Shown: piece by piece, positions 57,355-64,000 of the stretch
Layout: each line of letters opens with the position of its first letter
Position numbering within the stretch: position 1 is the stretch's first letter
DNA from: Candidatus Saccharimonadales bacterium
Lineage (GTDB): Bacteria; Patescibacteriota; Saccharimonadia; QS-5-54-17
Direction of reading: 5' to 3'
Length of the DNA stretch: 64,000 nt
Assembly (NCBI GenBank): GCA_040903985.1
Contig: JBBDUI010000002.1
Coordinates: forward strand, 454,038-518,037
Program-made: the position numbers and the translations under genes
Notes under the pieces: model-generated
The model's database searches: none
The model's input: the letters and a program-made list of their open reading frames with translations, nothing else
Told to the model about the DNA's origin: nothing

Positions 57355-58548
57355 TTACAGTATAATATCTCGACCATCTTTGCCTTTGATGGGGTAGGAG
57401 CTCTTTTCTTTGTTTGTCTGGCTACTTGTTTGCTTTGATTTCAAATTCTTGCTCTTCATAACTAATTTCTTGATGTCTTCTTCGTTCTCGTAAGCCCGGA
57501 CTCTTCCGCTTAAATAGCCGAGTCTATAAGTGATGCCGTCACTAGTTAGCCGCCAGTTGGTATCATTAAGTGCTTTATTGACTAGCTTCTTCAAGGTTTT
57601 CCTGCTGTCATAGTCATCTCGGTCGTTCTTGCCGTCTAAACAGCTAAATCCAATAAAGACATCACGTCCCATTTCGGGTTTATCTAGACTAAATTCAATG
57701 TATCCGGCTTTTTCTAAGACTGGGCTTAGTATTTCGGATAGCTCCGGAATCTTTAACTTTTTGATTTGAGCCACAGCATCATAAATGTGCTTATTATCTT
57801 CTTTTTCTTTAAGTTCTTTGTCGAGTTGCACCATACCTTCTAATCTGTGCTTAGCATCGATGTGTTCTTGACGAACCTTTTCGTCCAAGAGACAGAAAGC
57901 TCTGCGGTCGTCTTCAAAATCTGGGTCTGGCTTCTCTTTTTTACGAATCAGATCCAACTTATCTTGATAACTGTGCTGACATTTAGGGCAGCTGTACTTA
58001 GTTTTGATAGCAGTTTTCAGACGAGTAGTCCTTTCTTCCATAATTGCTTTGCATTTAGGGCAGTAGGTGTGCCGGCGCTCCCATTCGGCTCCGTCTTCCC
58101 AAAAGGCACTGTTTTTATCGCAGTGCGGGCACTTGAGCATGAATAGCACTTCTTCGGGATCATCGTACTTATAGTCTTCTCCACGATTCATCAGGGTTTT
58201 ATCAATAATCCGTAGGCCTTGCTTGCCACAGTGCTGGCAATTTGGTTCAACTGATAGCCGGGAAGAACTGATTTGTAAGTCTTTTGCTTCATCTTCCGCT
58301 ATCCACTTGGCGATTGTCTCGTCACGCTTGTAGTAGCGATCAACAAGAGCGTTGCCAACCACCATCATATAGATCCAATTCAAGTGGAACGTGCTACGAA
58401 ATGAGTCTGGTTTTTCATCCGGCATGATTTTGAACCATTCATCGCGGAATTGAAGAAAGTACTTAAAGTCTCGGCGAGCAAAATCAACAGTTATCCGATC
58501 ATAGCGGTCTTCATATTCTTTAAATTTTTTAGGATGCGCATAGTCCAT
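57355..58548 (-). CDS. Zn-ribbon-containing hypothetical protein
   Basis: Four CxxC motifs (CQHC, CPHC, CPKC, CPKC). Confidence 0.7.
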   Translation of the reverse strand: MDYAHPKKFKEYEDRYDRITVDFARRDFKYFLQFRDEWFKIMPDEKPDSFRSTFHLNWIYMMVVGNALVDRYYKRDETIAKWIAEDEAKDLQISSSRLSVEPNCQHCGKQGLRIIDKTLMNRGEDYKYDDPEEVLFMLKCPHCDKNSAFWEDGAEWERRHTYCPKCKAIMEERTTRLKTAIKTKYSCPKCQHSYQDKLDLIRKKEKPDPDFEDDRRAFCLLDEKVRQEHIDAKHRLEGMVQLDKELKEKEDNKHIYDAVAQIKKLKIPELSEILSPVLEKAGYIEFSLDKPEMGRDVFIGFSCLDGKNDRDDYDSRKTLKKLVNKALNDTNWRLTSDGITYRLGYLSGRVRAYENEEDIKKLVMKSKNLKSKQTSSQTNKEKSSYPIKGKDGRDIIL

Positions 58549-58569
58549 TAACTTATACTAATCCTGTGA

Positions 58570-59589
58570 TTACTCTGCTTCAATGAGGGGCTTATACCAT
58601 TTTGCCAAAGCTTCAAAGCTCGCAAAAGTCTGCGGTACCGGATTGTTGGATATAAACTTGGCTTCCCAATACTGGTTCCAATACGCCTCAATTGATCGCC
58701 GAGGATGTTTGGCAATAAATGAATCATAAAAACTATCCAGTATGTCGTAATGGTGCGTATGAATAAAAGGCTCCCAGGTTTCTCGGAGTTTGTCTTGATC
58801 TGCTCCGGGCCGGTTAATAATTTCGGTTTGTTCCATCGCCCTGTCGTTGTTATCGCCCCAGCCTTTCTTTAGCAAATCAATGGCTTCTTTGTCGGTAGTG
58901 GGAGCGCTATACCCGAAAGCTGTAAATATAAAACAACCCTTAAAATAAAACCGAGCTGCCTCCCACTCACGTTTAATAAAACTATCTGACTGATAGTCTT
59001 TGTTCTCAACCGGATAGAGCAACTTGGAAGGCTTAAATGGCTTGCGACACCGACTACATGGTAGACCGGCAATACCGCTAGTGTTATGTTTCTCGCAGAA
59101 ACCTACAGTCACGTTTCCATGTAAGAAGAATAGTTTCGGGAAGCTTGTGGTAATACCAAGTTTAGCTAGCCGGATTCGGGATTGCATCAAAAATGGGTCC
59201 CAGTTGAAGGTAAAGATCGCATCTTTATCACGCAAAGACAGGTTTATGATGTCGTACAGGTTGGGCTTATCAGGTAGCTCAAGCTCCGAAAAATATTCAC
59301 GTACCAATGAATCAATACTACTTAAACTATCCGATGAGCCCAGGTTGAAGAGTTGTGAGTAAGCAGCCTCAAAATCTTGCGTAGCCAATTCTTTTAGGTT
59401 ATTAGGAAACAAGTCTACAAGTTTCAAATTTTCTGCCACATCGCGAAGTAGCGGTACCGGCCGTCCATTCCTATCGCCATTAGGTAGAGCGGCTTTGCTT
59501 GCTCCGGCACCGAGTAGAAGTATGTGTGGTTTTCCGTGGAACGGATTAGCAATTTCTTGCTGAACACTAACTTCGTTATCTGATGTCAT
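58570..59589 (-). CDS. SIR2-like domain protein (putative NADase)
   Basis: LLLGAGAS, IFTFNWD, LHGNV, CxxH/CxxC insert, FGYSAP. Confidence 0.8.
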   Translation of the reverse strand: MTSDNEVSVQQEIANPFHGKPHILLLGAGASKAALPNGDRNGRPVPLLRDVAENLKLVDLFPNNLKELATQDFEAAYSQLFNLGSSDSLSSIDSLVREYFSELELPDKPNLYDIINLSLRDKDAIFTFNWDPFLMQSRIRLAKLGITTSFPKLFFLHGNVTVGFCEKHNTSGIAGLPCSRCRKPFKPSKLLYPVENKDYQSDSFIKREWEAARFYFKGCFIFTAFGYSAPTTDKEAIDLLKKGWGDNNDRAMEQTEIINRPGADQDKLRETWEPFIHTHHYDILDSFYDSFIAKHPRRSIEAYWNQYWEAKFISNNPVPQTFASFEALAKWYKPLIEAE

Positions 59590-60098
59590 AGCTTGTTCAA
59601 CAACCCCGTACTAGTAATGCGCCACCAAAAAGCTTCTTCACTTACCGCTAAGTGCTTAATCAAGCCAGCAGTATCGCCACGAAATTTCTTGATGTCTTCC
59701 TTTATCAAATTTAGTGGCATTATTAGTTCAGCAGCAAACGCATTAGCTTCAACTTCAGGCACCCTAGAATCATCGAAGTCAATTGAAGCTCCGGAATGGA
59801 CATGCCCCATATAGAGATGCCCGAATTCGTGTGCAACAGAAAACTTCTGCCGATTGACAGAAGTTTTTTTATTAAAGGCGATATCGATATCTTGACCGTC
59901 TTTATGTGCAATTGCGTAAACAGTACTAGGTAGTTTATCGGTTCCGTAAAATCTTATCCCAGGATGATCTTTTGTGATTACACCAACCAGATCGTTAATT
60001 TTAATTGGTGTCGCAATAATACCAGCACGCTTAATAAGTTGTCGGGCGGAGTTGTGACAACCGCTTATTCGGGCTTTGTTTTTAAATTCCTCCTCCAT
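59586..60098 (-). CDS. ImmA/IrrE-family metallopeptidase
   Basis: RQKFSVAHEFGH, EVEANAFAAELIMP. Confidence 0.92.
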   Translation of the reverse strand: MEEEFKNKARISGCHNSARQLIKRAGIIATPIKINDLVGVITKDHPGIRFYGTDKLPSTVYAIAHKDGQDIDIAFNKKTSVNRQKFSVAHEFGHLYMGHVHSGASIDFDDSRVPEVEANAFAAELIMPLNLIKEDIKKFRGDTAGLIKHLAVSEEAFWWRITSTGLLNKL

Positions 60099-60434
60099 TC
60101 ACTTTTTCCTCTGGCTTTTCATCCATTCTATATAATTCATAACACCCTTCACGTCTTCTTCGCTAAGGTCTTCATCTGCGCGAAGCGCGATACTGACATC
60201 CTTGTGCTCAGATGCAACCTCGCCATCCAGTAAATAGCCAATTGTCACCGATAACTTTCTACCAATCTCCTCTAATTCGTTGATTTGAACTCGACGTTCA
60301 CCGGATTCTATCAGCGATATAGCAGTACTAGATTTGTAGCCAACAGCTTCTGCAAGCTGTTGTTGTGTGAGTCCGACTCTAATACGAGCATCTCTTATTC
60401 GACCGCCGATTTTTTTATAGCGATTACTATCCAT
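60099..60434 (-). CDS. XRE-family HTH repressor
   Basis: IGGRIRDAR..GLTQQQLAE.VG..S.TAISLIESGER. Confidence 0.93.
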   Translation of the reverse strand: MDSNRYKKIGGRIRDARIRVGLTQQQLAEAVGYKSSTAISLIESGERRVQINELEEIGRKLSVTIGYLLDGEVASEHKDVSIALRADEDLSEEDVKGVMNYIEWMKSQRKK

Positions 60435-60479
60435 GACTACCTCTTTTACGTATCTAAATGATAACTTAGGCGTGACTAT

Positions 60480-60527
60480 TTGACAAACAATTTACGATTT
60501 TGATAAACTAATAATTACTAATAGTAA
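60480..60527 (+). promoter_or_regulatory. Divergent promoter with candidate XRE operator
   Basis: TTGACA (60480-85), TG-n-TAAACT (60504-09), inverted repeat TTACTA-A-TAGTAA (60515-27). Confidence 0.5.
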
Positions 60528-60559
60528 ACCGCCCATTAGGGTAGCAGGAGGGATTTAAA

Positions 60560-60799
60560 ATGGCCAAGAAGAATGTCCATATTACCTACAGTAAAGACTC
60601 CAAAGACTGGGGAGTAAAAAGTCAAGGCGCGCATCGCGCTGCCAGCCGACACCAAACAAAGGCCGAAGCCACACAAGCTGGTCGTGAAATAGCCCGCAAC
60701 AACAAAGGTGAGCTTTTCATACACAATAAGGACAATAAAATATCGGACCGTGACAGTTACGGCAATGACCCGTTTCCACCGCGCGATAGAAAGCATTAG
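60560..60799 (+). CDS. DUF2188-family small protein
   Basis: NVHI....W.VK..GA.RA...TKAEA...GREIARN...EL.IH.KD.KI..RDSYGNDP. Confidence 0.85.
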   Translation: MAKKNVHITYSKDSKDWGVKSQGAHRAASRHQTKAEATQAGREIARNNKGELFIHNKDNKISDRDSYGNDPFPPRDRKH

Positions 60800-60811
60800 G
60801 AGGCAGCTATT

Positions 60812-61729
60812 ATGCTCATCATAAAAAAGAGATGGATTCGTTCACTAAACAATAACCTACCCGGCGACCTTAGAGGTGGTGTCGTTAATATCGCTGTTAA
60901 GCTTGAATCTAACGAAAATGTTGCTCAAAAAATTGGCTTCGGGAAGAATCCGAAGATTGGTGACACACTCACACCTAAGCCGGTCGGTCCAGCCACTCGT
61001 TTTAACGCTCATGGTAGAGAAAAAATCTTACGAAACCGAGAAAAAGAGAAACTATATCGCACCCAAGAATGGACACGCGAGGAGTGGGCGGGTCGTGGCC
61101 AGACACGAACGGTAACTTCACTAGTGGATATTCCATATTACCGTTATCCTCGTGAGCACATTGATGGTTTTGATTTAGAGCTAACTATCAGAGAGTTTAA
61201 CGGACAGAAGCACATAGTATTAACTGAAGGTATTCGCTGGGATGACGGCAGCACAGAGAAGCTGATAACTGCCATCAATATCTTTTTAGAGGTGTTTGGA
61301 CAGGCAGAAATTCTAAATGAATCTCTAGAAGAAATCCCAAGTCCGGCTGAAATTCGCCGACTTAACTGGATTGTGCTTCCTAAGGGCGAAAAAATTACGC
61401 AAGAATCGTTGGATGAAATCTTGTCGAAGTCTAGACGCATTCGACCAGTACAAATGCTACGCCAGGAGCGCATTAGTTCATTTAATCCCGACATCCGTGC
61501 CATCGGCATGGGCGGCTTCACTGGCTATGTTGTCTATGTCTTCAAAAAGAAAGGAATCGCGGTCATGGAGAGTGTTAAGTATGGTAACGCCAGCTACATT
61601 ATCGCAGCCGACAATTGGGAGAAACTCTCCAAGATGACAAAACAGCAACTTCTGTCAAAAAGCCTAGTGCAGTCGCGTGAAACTCACACTAAAAAATGGT
61701 TTGCCCGCATCAAAAAGCTACTGGCTTAG
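60812..61729 (+). CDS. Basic hypothetical protein co-transcribed with DUF2188
   Basis: 305 aa, AGGAGG RBS; GFTGYVVY, ESVKYGNASY, WEKLSKMTK, THTKKW. Confidence 0.7.
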   Translation: MLIIKKRWIRSLNNNLPGDLRGGVVNIAVKLESNENVAQKIGFGKNPKIGDTLTPKPVGPATRFNAHGREKILRNREKEKLYRTQEWTREEWAGRGQTRTVTSLVDIPYYRYPREHIDGFDLELTIREFNGQKHIVLTEGIRWDDGSTEKLITAINIFLEVFGQAEILNESLEEIPSPAEIRRLNWIVLPKGEKITQESLDEILSKSRRIRPVQMLRQERISSFNPDIRAIGMGGFTGYVVYVFKKKGIAVMESVKYGNASYIIAADNWEKLSKMTKQQLLSKSLVQSRETHTKKWFARIKKLLA

Positions 61730-61923
61730 CGATTGGCGATGATATACTAAAATTACAATTCAACCTTAGGGAGAGGTACTCCCTGCGGACTCTCTGAGTT
61801 CCAGTGCGCCATATATCGCGAGATAAGCACTTACGCCCGCTGCGTGCAAGAAGCAGTAGACGTAAGTGCATTTTTAATTCTTGCGATGGAGGCACTATGT
61901 CTACAGAGATACAAAACATAATA

Positions 61924-62796
61924 CTAAACTAGGTCTCTGAAAAAGTTAATAATACTCTTCGTGTTCGACCACGCAAGACTGTAGTCAATAGCAAGAAGAC
62001 CAGCGACAGCTATCAAGGCACCAAATAAGCTCTTCACCTTGTGGTTTTCCATGAACCTGTAAATTTTCTTAGTACCAGTGGCAACAAGCCAAAAAGGGTT
62101 TGTGTAATGCCAGACATTCACGTCATTCTTTGTAATGTTTCGAGGTTGATTCTTTTGTAACTCTGCGAGCTTGATAAGCTCGTTAGCTGATTTTAGGTTT
62201 AATTCGATTGCTTTTCCAAATCCTTGACACTCTATATGCGGTGGAACTTGCATGCCTTGATATATAGCTTTTGAATCCCGCGATACGACCTGGCTAGGCG
62301 AACGCGCTTTTATATAGTCACCGATTGAAAAATCCACGTCTATATCATCAATTTTTTTCTTTAAAACATCATTACCAATAACTAACTCTAGTTGGATTTT
62401 CAGGTTACGCATTAACTCCTTCAAGGCTTCTAATTTATCGTTGGCCTCGTCAATGTCGAACCTTTTTGATGCATTACTTATGATATGTTGCCACATTTCA
62501 TCAAGAGTTTTTGTCTGCCAACCAGGATCGTAGCCGTCATTGAACACCCCAGCGCCACCCCATTCCGGATCAAACATCTGGCTTGTATTCGGGACTTCAT
62601 ATTCTTTGAAGTATAAATTCGCATGATAACCAGCCCAGGATCCAGACCAAGATTCATGGAGTCGATTGCATGTCTTTATTGTGTCTTTCGATACCATCGC
62701 TAAATACTCTTTCTCGCTTTGGAGAAAGTCTCTCAAGTTATCTAGTGCCGCATCGAGGCCCTGATTAGTTTTAGCTTTTTGAAATAAACTCTTCAT
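61924..62796 (-). CDS. Hypothetical protein with C-terminal TM
   Basis: SWSGSWAGYHANLYF, FDPEWG, SRDSKAIYQGMQVPPH motifs; hydrophobic C-terminus; start from TATATT-6nt-ATG. Confidence 0.65.
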   Translation of the reverse strand: MKSLFQKAKTNQGLDAALDNLRDFLQSEKEYLAMVSKDTIKTCNRLHESWSGSWAGYHANLYFKEYEVPNTSQMFDPEWGGAGVFNDGYDPGWQTKTLDEMWQHIISNASKRFDIDEANDKLEALKELMRNLKIQLELVIGNDVLKKKIDDIDVDFSIGDYIKARSPSQVVSRDSKAIYQGMQVPPHIECQGFGKAIELNLKSANELIKLAELQKNQPRNITKNDVNVWHYTNPFWLVATGTKKIYRFMENHKVKSLFGALIAVAGLLAIDYSLAWSNTKSIINFFRDLV

Positions 62797-62980
62797 ACAA
62801 TAAATATAACAGAGAAACAAACAAGATCTTACAACGATCACGGAACCCGGTCAGAAAATTTATCGTCCAGTCGCTATAGAAGGACAGGTCATACAGGGGT
62901 TAGCGTAAAAATTACAGATGTGCTTATAAAGCAACAAGACCAGGTCATGGAACCCGGTCTTGATCAGATTGTGTACTACT

Positions 62981-63055
62981 TGGTAGCGGGGGCAGGATTC
63001 GAACCTGCGACCTCCGGGTTATGAGCCCGACGAGCTGCCACTGCTCTACCCCGCG
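62981..63055 (-). tRNA. Initiator tRNA-fMet(CAU)
   Basis: CGCGGGG...TCGGG-CTCATAA-CCCGG...CCCCGCT-ACCA; unpaired first position and three G-C pairs in the anticodon stem. Confidence 0.96.
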
Positions 63056-63150
63056 TCACAATATTCAAAATACTACTATTAACTCTATCAGTCAAGGTAG
63101 TAATAAGGGGTAGGTTTCACTTTTCGCTTGCGAGTGGCATACTGGAGCTA

Positions 63151-64000
63151 ATGAAACGATTGACGATTCTCCTAGTTCTGTTGAGTCTTTCACTTAGTCT
63201 GTTTGGTGCGAGTCCAGTTCTAGCGGATAACGGTGAGTCTATACTGGAATTCCGGAGCGAAGTAAATATTAATGGTGATGGCCAGGCTGAGATTACCGAG
63301 ACTATTCGGTATGACTTCAACGGTAATGAGAGGCGGGGTATCTATCGTGACATACCGATTCGGTACGAGGCTGAGGATTCGAAGCGTCAATTTTATGAAG
63401 TGAAGCTCGACATACTAGACGTGACTCGCAATGGCAGTGCCGTACCGTACTTGGTGATAAATGAGGACACTTATACCCGACTACGTATCGGTGATAGGGA
63501 TGATACACGCAGTCGTGATATAGAGGAGTACGGCATAACCTACAGGCTCTATCCGGTAGCCTACCAATATGATGATGTAGATGCGGTCCAGCTCGATGTA
63601 GTGGGCAGCCGCTGGGAGATACCGATCAAATCAGTTAGCGTAGAGATTAGTCTGCCGTTTGCTACCACCGAGCGCGAATGTTTTGCGGGTGTATCGGGTA
63701 GTGCACTTAGAGATTGTAGGCTAACGGGGGATGAAGATTCTGTGATCATTACGGCTAATAGTCTCGCTACCGGGGAGGGAGTGACGGCCTACTTTGAGTT
63801 TGCGGAGGGGGTTTTCACTAATTATCTTGAAGCTCAAACCACTCCGTTTCCTTGGGTGTGGGTCGGTGTCGGGCTGGTGCTCTTTATGGTAGTAATCGGT
63901 GGATTAGGCGGAATCATCACTTCTCACATTCGCTACGTGTTACGGAAGCGGCGACAGCTGGTTATATCAGAGTATGAACCTCCAAAAGATTTAACCCCAG
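63151..64000 (+). CDS. DUF2207-like membrane protein, 3' truncated by window
   Basis: Signal peptide, ITETIRYDF....RGIYRDIP, LRIGD, TM then EYEPPKDLTP. Confidence 0.8.
   Translation, partial: MKRLTILLVLLSLSLSLFGASPVLADNGESILEFRSEVNINGDGQAEITETIRYDFNGNERRGIYRDIPIRYEAEDSKRQFYEVKLDILDVTRNGSAVPYLVINEDTYTRLRIGDRDDTRSRDIEEYGITYRLYPVAYQYDDVDAVQLDVVGSRWEIPIKSVSVEISLPFATTERECFAGVSGSALRDCRLTGDEDSVIITANSLATGEGVTAYFEFAEGVFTNYLEAQTTPFPWVWVGVGLVLFMVVIGGLGGIITSHIRYVLRKRRQLVISEYEPPKDLTP

Larger units (their letters stand above)
55246..62935. mobile_element. Integrase-less genomic island at the tRNA-fMet 3' end
   Basis: Flanking degenerate direct repeats, visibly AT-richer sequence, defence-type cargo. Confidence 0.65.

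Noticed and set aside
58570-59589. Thoeris, DSR, SIR2-HerA or pAgo-SIR2 system
   Set aside because: No TIR, HerA or Argonaute partner is recognisable, and the protein is far shorter than DSR proteins
55246-62935. Prophage or autonomous ICE
   Set aside because: XRE/ImmA are present but no integrase, replication, structural or conjugation genes
1-64000. Alternative genetic code (TGA=Gly, code 25)
   Set aside because: Core genes read through intact under code 11, and TGA ends genes with ATGA/GTGA overlaps

Overview
64 kb of a small-genome bacterium of the Candidate Phyla Radiation type (Patescibacteria, probably Saccharibacteria-like). This is inferred from gene content: reduced AspRS and TsaB, a type IV pilus cluster, class F sortases, a fused UvrD-nuclease, many orphan ORFs, and TGA used as stop. 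The backbone (1 to ~52,900) carries cca, rarA, uvrD-like, aspS, yebC-ruvCAB, a pilB/C/pilin/pilMNO cluster, recA-recX, tsaE-tsaB, rny-ymdB, HU, mscS/mscL, ABC transporters, dus, tRNA-Pro and tRNA-Ile2. A variable region runs from ~52,950 to tRNA-fMet (62981-63055). It holds a frameshifted ice-binding protein plus sortase, and an AT-richer integrase-less island bounded by degenerate copies of the tRNA-fMet 3' end. The island encodes XRE repressor, ImmA/IrrE peptidase, SIR2-like, Zn-ribbon and HEPN-like proteins, plus a divergent DUF2188 pair: a candidate damage-inducible defence system. Main non-coding signals: (i) a loopless 40-44 bp palindrome centred on CGATCG in three copies, plus a fourth of different sequence but the same design; (ii) a small GIY-YIG nuclease gene between a tRNA-Pro 5'-half mimic with a swapped anticodon arm and the intact tRNA-Pro; (iii) a shared SOS-like box at recA and rarA; (iv) widespread leaderless promoters. 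All calls come from reading the sequence by eye; no searches were run.
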